NCBI GenBank assembly: GCA_016189025.1
Contig: JACPGS010000005.1
Coordinates: 385 to 64,384 of the forward strand
Source of the DNA: Candidatus Magasanikiibacteriota bacterium
GTDB lineage: Bacteria; Patescibacteriota; Patescibacteriia; Magasanikbacterales; GWA2-37-8
Length of the DNA stretch: 64,000 nucleotides
Direction of reading: 5' to 3'
Below the pieces are notes generated by a model. That model was not told the DNA's origin, searched no databases, and saw nothing but the letters and a program-made list of their open reading frames with translations. Position numbers and translations under genes: made by a program. Each line of letters opens with the position of its first letter. Position 1 is the first letter of the stretch. This document shows positions 57,001-63,784 of this stretch, piece after piece.

Positions 57001-58188
57001 CCCCCCGTTACAGACAATCCGACAGGTGCCTCCCGTACAGCGGGGCACCCCGTTGTTGCTAGAACACGCCACGCCGCACCCGCCGCAGTTCTTGATGTCC
57101 GTGGCAGTGCTGACCTCGCACCCGTCCCGCCGGTCGTTATTGCAATCAAAGAATCCGGAGAGGCACTCGAACTCGCAGGTGCCGGCGTTACATGCCTTCA
57201 CCCGTTCGTTCCGCTGGGGCAAGCACCGGAGCCGACAGGTCCCGCAGTTGTTCGGGTCGCTCGCGAAGTTCACCTCGCACCCGTCGTCGGGAATGCCGTT
57301 GCAGTTCCCGAAGCCGGAGAGACACCCGCTGATCCCGCACTGCCCATAGACGCAGGCCGGCCCCGTGGTGTTGGGCGTCGCGACACAGATCGTGCCGCAA
57401 GCGCCGCAGTTCCGGGCATCCGCCTGGAACGCAGTCACCGGCACGCACTCGCCATCGCACGCCACCTCCTCGCCGCGCTCTACGTCACCCGGGTAGCACC
57501 GCAACACGCAGCTGCCGTTTTCGCACTGCTCATCCCGGCCGCAGCGCCGATTACACCCGCCACAGTTGTCCCGGTCCTGGCTCGTGTCCGTACAGAACAG
57601 ACCGCACTGGGTCTGCCCGGCCAGACACTGGCAGCTGCCGTTGAGGCAGAACTGCCCGCCGTAACAGGAGTTGCCGCACGCCCCGCAGTTCAGGGCGCTG
57701 GCATTGAGGTTGACCTCGCAGCCGTTGCCTTGCTTGTCCCCGTCGCAGTCGGTCCAGCCCGCTTCGCAGACGCCGTCGCAGCGACCGTTGACGCAGGTCG
57801 CCGCCACATGCGCGCCCGAGCAGTCCGCACCGCACCCGCCGCAGTTATTGCTGTCGCTGCCGATGTTTACCTCGCAGCCGTTGGCCGCGAAGCCATCGCA
57901 GTTGCCGAAGCCGGGGATACAGGCGACCTGGCAGGCACCGTTGACGCAGCTCGGAGTGCCGTTCACGCTGGAGCACTTCAGGCCGCAGGCGCCGCAGTTG
58001 GCGGGATCCACATAGAGGTTGGCGGTGTAGCTGCCGCAGTTGAACGGTTCCGGGGTAGGGGTGGGAGTCGGCGTGGGGGTAGGGGTCGGTTGCTGGGTGC
58101 CCACCGGGCCCCCGGCGCAGCCGACGAGGTTGAGGGAGATGACCATGGCCACCACGCGGGCGGCCGGATTCTTCGCGCTGTTCGACAT
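51097..58188 (-). CDS. Giant cysteine-rich repeat lipoprotein, 2363 aa
   Basis: Lipobox LVGC, PT linker, dozens of DCNG..DGCE..NCG.CG..C repeats, ETDVDCGG repeats, xxPDL stalk, terminal DCDD..HPG..EWCDQYDNNCNG motif. Confidence 0.9.
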   Translation of the reverse strand: MSNSAKNPAARVVAMVISLNLVGCAGGPVGTQQPTPTPTPTPTPTPEPFNCGSYTANLYVDPANCGACGLKCSSVNGTPSCVNGACQVACIPGFGNCDGFAANGCEVNIGSDSNNCGGCGADCSGAHVAATCVNGRCDGVCEAGWTDCDGDKQGNGCEVNLNASALNCGACGNSCYGGQFCLNGSCQCLAGQTQCGLFCTDTSQDRDNCGGCNRRCGRDEQCENGSCVLRCYPGDVERGEEVACDGECVPVTAFQADARNCGACGTICVATPNTTGPACVYGQCGISGCLSGFGNCNGIPDDGCEVNFASDPNNCGTCRLRCLPQRNERVKACNAGTCEFECLSGFFDCNNDRRDGCEVSTATDIKNCGGCGVACSSNNGVPRCTGGTCRIVCNGGFTDCDGDVGNGCETNIDVDPRNCDGCGNRCPLSAQGYPVCVSGTCDVSCKPGFANCNANAIDGCEVNLANDANNCGSCWYACAPTGNFTCNNRECIPTCRDGVKNGLETDADCGGGKCGRCEAGQECLVGRDCLTGNCFNLFCTPQPSCADGATMSFPNGSETDVDCGGPLCAPCPDGKRCFLGADCVSGVCNLPTLRCAAPSCHDSVKNGRETDVDCGGGCPACQPGFSCELAADCSSGLCLGGVCQAPVCSDGIKNGLETDVDCGGACLPCRDFSDCLTGADCRSGTCHFGVCEPCPTELAQCQGRCVDTTRDLAHCGGCNQPCPSPPNANPLCASGVCGISSCKAGFADCDGNVANGCEVNIQNHPSNCGVCGHACVIANGAAGCAGGACTVASCQTGFADCNGKASDGCEVNLNTTLASCGGCGSACSTRNIVASCESGSCEGGGCFPGFADCNSSKRLDGCEMDTMSDVRNCGGCGAVCSLPNAAAVCLNGACAIGACAPGFADCNGVVADGCETNLATSATNCGACGRLCLFANGASVCSAGSCVFVGCSVGFADCNANLSDGCEADLRSDNQHCGVCSRACLNPNGASRCIGGACTIVSCSVGFADCNSSAADGCETDTMSDVRNCGGCGAVCSLPNAAAVCLNGACAVGSCAAGFADCNGMAADGCEVDTRINAQHCGACGRLCLFANGASVCSAGSCVFVGCSVGFADCNANLSDGCETNLMSNAGNCGACGAACSRFGGTSSCLGGECTLTSCYSGYADCDRNPSNGCEVNTLYDLRNCGSCGNVCSPPAHGLPMCWGGSCTISGGCDPGFADCDGAYGTGCETNIAADPNNCGFCGVRCSAPNGTAGCFPGFFSSFCGIASCHSGFQDCNGWSGDGCEANLASDAENCGGCGVSCVAANGTPACSVGKCNIASCNAGYANCNADAADGCETNLATSTTSCGGCGSACSTQNIAASCAASSCEAGVCAAGFADCNGNKRLDGCEVNTATDVGNCGGCGKVCALPNATPVCVGGACVIGQCAAGFADCNNNPADGCEVDLRSDNQHCGVCSRACLNPNGASNCIGGACTIVSCSAGFADCNSSAADGCETSLTLNKDACGACGAVCSANHVAPTCSTGSCIGACASGFSDCNANKQLDGCETETARDLNNCGACGKVCVVANGTPVCTNGACQVASCSAGFADCNSNPSDGCEVELERHVGNCGACGIACFAANGTPACFGGACQVATCNSGYANCDGAAGNGCEVNTATDVGNCGGCGNTCSGVNISMLRCVEGACAGDCLSGFADCNADQRRDGCEVNVNADPRHCSGCGAECSGNNIAAPTCTVGVCGGACSAGFADCNGDKRRDGCEVNLNSDLANCGVCSQPCLTPNANPACTNGQCGFTRGNAGYADCNSNVTDGCESYTDGDVENCGACGVICSTQNITLRTCTTGVCRGTCSPGFADCNSDHALDGCEVNTTSDPDHCGGCGQVCSGLNLVIRLCVGGQCTGACASGFADCNGSKRTDGCETTLGTNANCGACGEVCPAGMSCVGGTCHDIATCSDGAVNGQETDVDCGGGVCGRCVDGKGCQHGSDCTSDVCTNNVCVSSCNDGFRNGFETNVDCGGGACPGCPDGMSCGGALDCASGVCTNNTCRPPTCSDSVRNGSESDLDCGGGSCLGCPIGARCASAGDCASGACVGGVCATVGDGGVGDASGPSPDLGVPPDAVVSSPDLELPPNDLTPPPDLAVLPDLTVGPDLTVVPDLTMADGALAMDLSSLPDLTGADGVGGVADFSAVGDSAVATDLTVAADRLVFLDQSVAPDLASAGDLTAAASDLTSDLTGGAADGSPAADLAGSDLTGRDLTGTDLAGVCLDQHGLTPLRASGAGGGPLPDTTCDSWDDDGDGFCEVAPCTGSRNPAIAVADLQGGDCDDNPSDSTPLQGFSFVTDGSYHNHPGSTEWCDQYDNNCNGVVDDGCN

Positions 58189-58410
58189 TGTCCTTGTCCT
58201 TTTCTGGGCGATTCGCCCGGTTGATCCGCGTAGAGAAATTCCACACGGGAAAGAAAAGACCAGATAATCTGCTCTTTCCCGTGTGGAAAAATTTTTAGAC
58301 TACACCTTGAATTGTAAAGAACCAGGCACGAATTCTCGGCCCCGAATCAGCCCAAGGGCTGATCCAGAGGAAAAATTAGTGCTAATGGTTTACCTGTGGA
58401 TATTAAATCC

Positions 58411-58439
58411 TTGACAAATTAAGCTAACTATTGTAAAGT
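58411..58439 (+). promoter_or_regulatory. Sigma70 promoter for sRNA 2
   Basis: TTGACA-17-TAAAGT. Confidence 0.75.
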
Positions 58440-58445
58440 TACTTT

Positions 58446-58512
58446 AGTGTCAGTTAGCACCGCATTCGTCTAACGAATCAGCAAACGCCCCCACCGGGGG
58501 TGTTTTGCTTTT
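58446..58512 (+). ncRNA. Putative anti-tRNA sRNA 2
   Basis: 13-, 12- and 10-nt blocks complementary to the allo-tRNA, followed by a CGCCCCC/GGGGGTG hairpin and U-rich tail. Confidence 0.8.
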
Positions 58513-58535
58513 AGTTGTAAATTAACACCTTTCAG

Positions 58536-58565
58536 TTGTATTTTTCTATACACCTATGTTATATT
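58536..58565 (+). promoter_or_regulatory. Promoter for the allo-tRNA
   Basis: TTGTAT-18-TATATT with extended -10 TG. Confidence 0.6.
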
Positions 58566-58584
58566 ATCTGACGGCGGAAAGTAC

Positions 58585-58675
58585 GGAGAGTAAATCCCCG
58601 CGGAGGGGACGCTAACTGACACTTAGCTGGTTCGTCTCACTGACGAATGCGGTTCAACTCCGCTGCTCTCCGCCA
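58585..58675 (+). tRNA. 8/4 allo-tRNA: Ser-type body (G73, long variable arm) with Val anticodon GAC
   Basis: Acceptor GGAGAGTA/TGCTCTCC G CCA; D stem TCCCC/GGGGA; GCTAA CTGACAC TTAGC; V arm GTTCGTC/GACGAAT; T arm GCGG TTCAACT CCGC. Confidence 0.9.
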
Positions 58676-58677
58676 CT

Positions 58678-58708
58678 AAAGGTCCTGTTCATCGTGAACA
58701 GGATTTTT
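58678..58708 (+). terminator. Intrinsic terminator after the allo-tRNA
   Basis: TCCTGTTCA TCG TGAACAGGA TTTTT. Confidence 0.85.
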
Positions 58709-58963
58709 AATTCAAGGTACCGCCCTCCCACCGACGCCTTTCCGGTAAACGACGCCCGTGGGAGAGGAGCGAGACGAGACTTCTTCTCCCCCCGCTCCCG
58801 TTTTCTTTACAACTGGCAATCACCCTAACGAACGTTAGAATGATTGCACAATCACTCATTTTAACCGAGCGAGGGAGTGGTAGACGGGTTCCCTACGCGC
58901 GCATCCCCGCGTACGCGGGGGGAGCACGGAGGGTGTCTACCACGACCGAGCGACCAGGCGATA

Positions 58964-60151
58964 CTACTCCTCCAGCCCCGGCAGGCGCAGCCGGAACGCC
59001 CCCCAGCCCTCGTACCCGACGAAAAATGTCGGGTTGCTGCGGTAGTCCCAGGCCAGCGCCACCCCGCCGCGCACCGAAAGCTCCACCATCCGGTGCAGAA
59101 TGACGATGAGCTCCGGACCAATGCCGGCGGTGGTAGTGCGGATGCCGCGCTCCTGGAGCAGCAGATCCAGCGAAAAATCGCCGTACCCGCCGACTACCAC
59201 CCGCGGGTGTACCCGGCTACCCAGGCCCACTGCCCCGGCGATGGTGAATCCGCCGCCCGGCTCCGTCACCGACTCTCCTATCCCTGCTCCGGCCAAAAAG
59301 TAGCCGGAGAGTTTGGGGTTATCAATGCCAACGCCGAGAAACAGGCGGCCGGTCCAGCCGTAGGCGGTAGAGTCGGTGCGGCCGTCCAAACGCCGGAACG
59401 GCGCGTCGGAGCTGTTGACCGCGCCAGTGAACCCGCCCTCGGCCGCGATGACGAGCGAAGTGCCGACCCCAAACCACGACTTTTTCCACACCGGCCCGGC
59501 GCTCGCTCCCGCCGGACCGCAACCACCACAGTTCCCATCGGCACAGGAGAGCCCAGCCTTGCAATCAGTGGTAGTCAGGCAGAGCTGACACTGGACGCAG
59601 CCCCGGCAGTCCGAACCGCCGCAGTCCACGTCGGTCTCGGCACCGTTCTTAATGCCGTCGTGGCACGACGGCGCGCCGCCCGGACCAGCTCGACTCCCGC
59701 CGCCACCCCTGTCTTCATCAAGAAGTTTATATCCCCCCTCCTCCTTGTACCCGCTTCCTCCTTTCTCTAGGGGAAGAATAGAACGAGGGGCGCACCACCC
59801 GCCGCCACGACCGATAAGAGAAGTGCGGATCACCATCGCCCATTCTCCGTCCCAGTCAGCCGGCGCCATTGCCTGCGCCCGCCGCCACTCCAGGTCAGTC
59901 TGGGCATTGAGATTGTTCCGATCCGCCGTACCGATCACGGCGGGGAACTGATCAGACTGGCAGCGACATTGTGCTGCAGTGGGGACTTCGCCGGGCCCCC
60001 ACTGGCAATGCGCCTTGATGCCAGCGGCGACGGTCACGTGACGAGGAATGGCGGGCCTGACCTCGGCCGGCACTGATTGCCCATAGACCGAAGCAACGAA
60101 GCAAACGAGGCAAGAAAAAACAACGATCGCAATCCGATTCGGGGTGGCCAT
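58964..60151 (-). CDS. Secreted protein with one Cys-rich ETDVDCGG repeat and a beta-strand-rich C-terminal domain
   Basis: Signal peptide; APSCHDGIKNGAETDVDCGG shared with the giant protein; alternating Gly/aromatic strands. Confidence 0.7.
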   Translation of the reverse strand: MATPNRIAIVVFSCLVCFVASVYGQSVPAEVRPAIPRHVTVAAGIKAHCQWGPGEVPTAAQCRCQSDQFPAVIGTADRNNLNAQTDLEWRRAQAMAPADWDGEWAMVIRTSLIGRGGGWCAPRSILPLEKGGSGYKEEGGYKLLDEDRGGGGSRAGPGGAPSCHDGIKNGAETDVDCGGSDCRGCVQCQLCLTTTDCKAGLSCADGNCGGCGPAGASAGPVWKKSWFGVGTSLVIAAEGGFTGAVNSSDAPFRRLDGRTDSTAYGWTGRLFLGVGIDNPKLSGYFLAGAGIGESVTEPGGGFTIAGAVGLGSRVHPRVVVGGYGDFSLDLLLQERGIRTTTAGIGPELIVILHRMVELSVRGGVALAWDYRSNPTFFVGYEGWGAFRLRLPGLEE

Positions 60152-60790
60152 GACGGCCTGCCTTTCTGGTCTCCCTAATTTATCGCCCGCGCGCTATCAT
60201 CACGATAACGTACGGAAAAAAGAACACTCTCGCTCGCCGGGAGACTAACGGCGAGAGAACGGACTGTCCGTTACTGTCATTCCGAACGAACGTGAGGAAT
60301 CCCTATCTTAATTGTTGGACAGAGATTTCTCGCTATCGCTCGAAATGACAGTTAAATTGCTCGCTACGAGTTCACTTACGTTTCGCCTAATGACAAACAT
60401 ATTTTTCAAAGAGCCGCCAGCCTGCGCCCCCTGCCCCGACTTTAGCCGGGGCAGGAGACTAGAGAGAAAGCAAGCTGCGCCCCGATTAAATCGGAGCAGG
60501 CCCCGAAGAATCAAACGCTGATTCGGCTGGGCCTAAAAAACAAAAATCTCCCCAAAAAATAGAGAGACTGCGTCGGGCAAGAAGCGCCAGCAGAATCCGG
60601 TCTCTCTTTCCGAATTATACTGCCGTAACCGTAATTGATATAACAGCTTACCTTAGCAAAATTTGCCCCGGTTGTCAATAGCTATTGGAAAATAAAAATT
60701 TTTGGCTAAGGTTAGGGATAAAAAATAAAAAAACCGCCCCGGCTGAATCCGGGCGGCTGGCTAACTGATTTTTTCAATTCTTCTACAACC

Positions 60791-61411
60791 TTACTTTCTG
60801 CCAAAAAGATGGGCGCGCCGCTGCCGCCGCGACATTGCCAAACCCCAGAGCGCCGCCCCCGCGACGAACCCGGCGCCGACATTCACCGGCAAATTCGGCC
60901 GGGCCGGGAAACGCGACACCAGAGGCGGATTGACAATTTTAATCGCTACGTCGCCGCCCACATATTCCCAGCCGCGGGTGGCGAGCGCCTGGGTAACGGC
61001 CGCTCCTAACCCCGCCGCATCCTCCGGCGTGGTGCTGTATACGGAAAGACGCACCAGGCTGCTGTTGTACACCGTGGCGCCCCACACGTCGCGCTGCCAG
61101 CGCCGCCGCTTATCGCGGGGCGACAACCGCTCCCAGCGGCTGCGATCAAACGTAGCGCCCGCCAGGCCGAAAACCTTGTCCATAAAATCGCCGGTCTGAA
61201 TTACGCGGGTCAGATTCTCGCCGATGCGTTCCGCGGATTTAACCTGGGTAAACGGATCCACTCCGGAACGGTCGCGCGAAATTATCAGCACTTCGCTTTC
61301 GGCGCGGTACTGTTTGGGGAATAAAAAACTCACCGCCCCCGAAGCGGCCGCTACCAGCAAGCCGATAAAAAACGCTCCCATCAGTTGTTTGAATGAAAAA
61401 TACATACTCAC
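60791..61411 (-). CDS. Wzz/CapA-like polysaccharide co-polymerase
   Basis: Two terminal TMs, PKQYRAESEVLI, PARPNLPVN..GFVAG. Confidence 0.7.
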   Translation of the reverse strand: MSMYFSFKQLMGAFFIGLLVAAASGAVSFLFPKQYRAESEVLIISRDRSGVDPFTQVKSAERIGENLTRVIQTGDFMDKVFGLAGATFDRSRWERLSPRDKRRRWQRDVWGATVYNSSLVRLSVYSTTPEDAAGLGAAVTQALATRGWEYVGGDVAIKIVNPPLVSRFPARPNLPVNVGAGFVAGAALWGLAMSRRQRRAHLFGRK

Positions 61412-62478
61412 GGCTCATAATTCACCACCGGCACCGTCAGCTCAAGCTCGCGGCTCCCCCGCTTTACTTTAACCAATACTTCCCGCCCCCGCAAGGCACG
61501 CGTCCAGCGCTCGGGCGTGGCGCCTCCTCCGTTAATTTCCTCAATCAAATCTCCTGGACGCAGGGGATTTTTCACACTCCACACCCGCGCTACCATAAAA
61601 CCGCTCCGGCTGACTCCCCCCTGAAAAATCGGCGCTTCTGAATCAAACCAGCCCTCCACCCCGAGCGACGGATAACGAATAGTGCCGCGCTCAAACAAAT
61701 TAGGCAGGAGGGAGGCCAGAAATTCGCTCGGCAGCACCAAACCGTCTGCTCCAATTAGCCCCACCAATTCTCCTGAATCAGTAATCACGGGAGTGCCCGG
61801 CGGCCAGGCGACGGCCACCCGATACCCGCTCCGCGGCGCGCTGTCCAAGCGGGCGCCGTCAAAGTCAGCCGTCTGCCGCCCGGTAATCACTGCCGGCACC
61901 CAGCTCTCCTGCCTAAACCCAAACACTTCCCGCGGGGGCGACACCGAATCAGCAAATGCGGTTACCGGCAAAGGCCGGGCGTCTTCCTTTTTCCCTTCGC
62001 GCGCCAGCCGCAAAAAAATCAGAGAGCTGATCGGATCAAATACCGCCTGCTCTACTTGGCGAATTTTACCTCCCACCACGGCCTGCCAGCCCGCCGCCCC
62101 CCGGGGCGGCACTCCGAAATGCGCTGCCAGCCAACCGTCAGCGCTCACCACCAGAGCCGGGCCCAGGTATTCACTGCGGCGAAAAGTCGCTGCTCCGGCA
62201 ATCACCTCGCGGCGCCGGTACACCGCTGCCAGGCGCGGCATAAATTCTTGGGCAGTCGCCGCCGGCAAAGCATCCGGCTGACTGGCGCGCCCGCCGCGGA
62301 TTACTGCCCAGTTGCCCAACGCATAATCACTGCCCCAAATCCAGCCCAACAGCACCGCGGCGCCGGTCAGTCCGGAAATAAATCCGAAAACTACCGAGAG
62401 CAGCATCAGCTTAAGCCGCTGCCAAAAATTATATTGCCGGATGTTGCAGGAGGGGGGAGGAAGATGAGGAGGAAACAT
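61408..62478 (-). CDS. HtrA-like trypsin and PDZ protein, probably catalytically inactive
   Basis: VVSADGWL, PPGTPVITDSGELVGL in place of GNSGGPL, PSLGV, LRPGDLIEEING. Confidence 0.65.
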   Translation of the reverse strand: MFPPHLPPPSCNIRQYNFWQRLKLMLLSVVFGFISGLTGAAVLLGWIWGSDYALGNWAVIRGGRASQPDALPAATAQEFMPRLAAVYRRREVIAGAATFRRSEYLGPALVVSADGWLAAHFGVPPRGAAGWQAVVGGKIRQVEQAVFDPISSLIFLRLAREGKKEDARPLPVTAFADSVSPPREVFGFRQESWVPAVITGRQTADFDGARLDSAPRSGYRVAVAWPPGTPVITDSGELVGLIGADGLVLPSEFLASLLPNLFERGTIRYPSLGVEGWFDSEAPIFQGGVSRSGFMVARVWSVKNPLRPGDLIEEINGGGATPERWTRALRGREVLVKVKRGSRELELTVPVVNYEP

Positions 62479-62480
62479 AT

Positions 62481-63278
62481 TCAGCGCCAACGCACGATGG
62501 CCAAAAATCCGGTAAGGGTCGCCCCCGCGCCCAAAAGCAGCCAGCGCTGCCGGCGCCAATCAATGCCGCCGGGGGAAAGATAAAATCGCAGCAACAGCCA
62601 GCCGACATACCAGATAACGGTAAACGCTACGCCGCTGGTCAGATACCCCCAGGGCAGCCAGCCCGCGGCGCCGGTTATTTCAAACATCATGAGTAAAAAA
62701 ATTCCGAGCGTCAGATAAGTACGGCGGTCCAGATTTACTCCATACTCCCACCACCACCACAGCGATACCGCGCCGACGATTAAAGTGCCGACCAGCCAGG
62801 GCAGCCACCAAGCCGGGGGCGACAGCAGCTGAAAAAATATCATTCCCCGCGCGCTGCTCCACACCCCCAGCACCCCAAAAGCGGTTAACAGCAGACGCCA
62901 GCGCCGCTCGGGTTTTAAGCCAAAAGTCAAGGTGGCCTCCCACGGCAACAGCAGCCAGCCCACGGCCGGCCCCATCACCACCAGCACACTGGTGAACCAC
63001 CAGGCTACCGGGGAATCAGCCACTAACAGCAAAAGCGCCAAACCGGCGTAGGCAAAAGCCAGGGTAACTAGCTGGCGCGCCCGGCTCGCCCCGGGGGCGT
63101 AATAAGTAATCAGCGACAGCCCGCTCGCGATGGCCAGGGCAAATACCCACCACAGCCCCAGATAAAGCGGCGCCGGCAGGCGGGGGAACCACCAGACTAA
63201 AACCAGATTCAAAACTCCCTGCAGCACGGCAGTAACCGCCGGGTGGAGCGAAAGAGTTGGCCAGGAAGTTATCTTCAT
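62481..63278 (-). CDS. Multi-pass membrane protein
   Basis: Highly hydrophobic ORF, translationally close to the downstream gene. Confidence 0.7.
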   Translation of the reverse strand: MKITSWPTLSLHPAVTAVLQGVLNLVLVWWFPRLPAPLYLGLWWVFALAIASGLSLITYYAPGASRARQLVTLAFAYAGLALLLLVADSPVAWWFTSVLVVMGPAVGWLLLPWEATLTFGLKPERRWRLLLTAFGVLGVWSSARGMIFFQLLSPPAWWLPWLVGTLIVGAVSLWWWWEYGVNLDRRTYLTLGIFLLMMFEITGAAGWLPWGYLTSGVAFTVIWYVGWLLLRFYLSPGGIDWRRQRWLLLGAGATLTGFLAIVRWR

Positions 63279-63345
63279 AACAGCAACAGGGTGATTATAC
63301 TCAAAGAGCAAGAAAAAAGAAAGGGTATATGGTACAATAGCGGTT

Positions 63346-63756
63346 ATGAAACCTCTTTCCGAAAACCGCCGCGCCCGGTTTGATTATGATATTCAGGAAA
63401 CCTACGAGGCCGGCATTGTGCTCACCGGCCAGGAGGCTAAATCCGCAAAAAACGGCGGCCTGCACCTCTCCGGCAGCTTTGTTACTTTTTCCGGCAACAA
63501 TGCCTATTTAACCGGCGCCACTATTTCGCCCTACCCTTATGCCGGAGCGCTGCCCGATTACGACCCCGGCCACAGCCGGCGCTTACTGCTGCGCCGCAAA
63601 GAAATCAATTACCTGCGCGAGCGTACGCAGGAGGCGGGCTTGACAGCGCTGCCCCTAAAGGCGTATGCTAAACAGTCGCTCGTGAAAATTGAAGTTGCGC
63701 TCGCCCGCGGCCGCAAGCAATACGACAAGCGGGAAGCGATTAAAAAAATCTGCTGA
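63346..63756 (+). CDS. smpB: SsrA-binding protein with a short C-terminal tail
   Basis: NRRARFDY, YEAGIVLTGQE, RRLLL, ARGRKQYDKRE. Confidence 0.95.
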   Translation: MKPLSENRRARFDYDIQETYEAGIVLTGQEAKSAKNGGLHLSGSFVTFSGNNAYLTGATISPYPYAGALPDYDPGHSRRLLLRRKEINYLRERTQEAGLTALPLKAYAKQSLVKIEVALARGRKQYDKREAIKKIC

Positions 63757-63784
63757 TAAACTGACTAGCTGATCTGCTGAACCA

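Noticed and set aside
51101-58267. Many plus-strand and alternate-frame ORFs, e.g. 54752-56326
   Set aside because: Shadow ORFs of a GC-rich repetitive gene.
58585-58675. tRNA-Sec (selC)
   Set aside because: The anticodon is GAC, not TCA; the fold is 8/4, not the bacterial 8/5; no sel genes are in the window.
58863-58956. Part of the allo-tRNA module
   Set aside because: It is a copy of the dispersed repeat at 19689-19781 and lies beyond the tRNA terminator.
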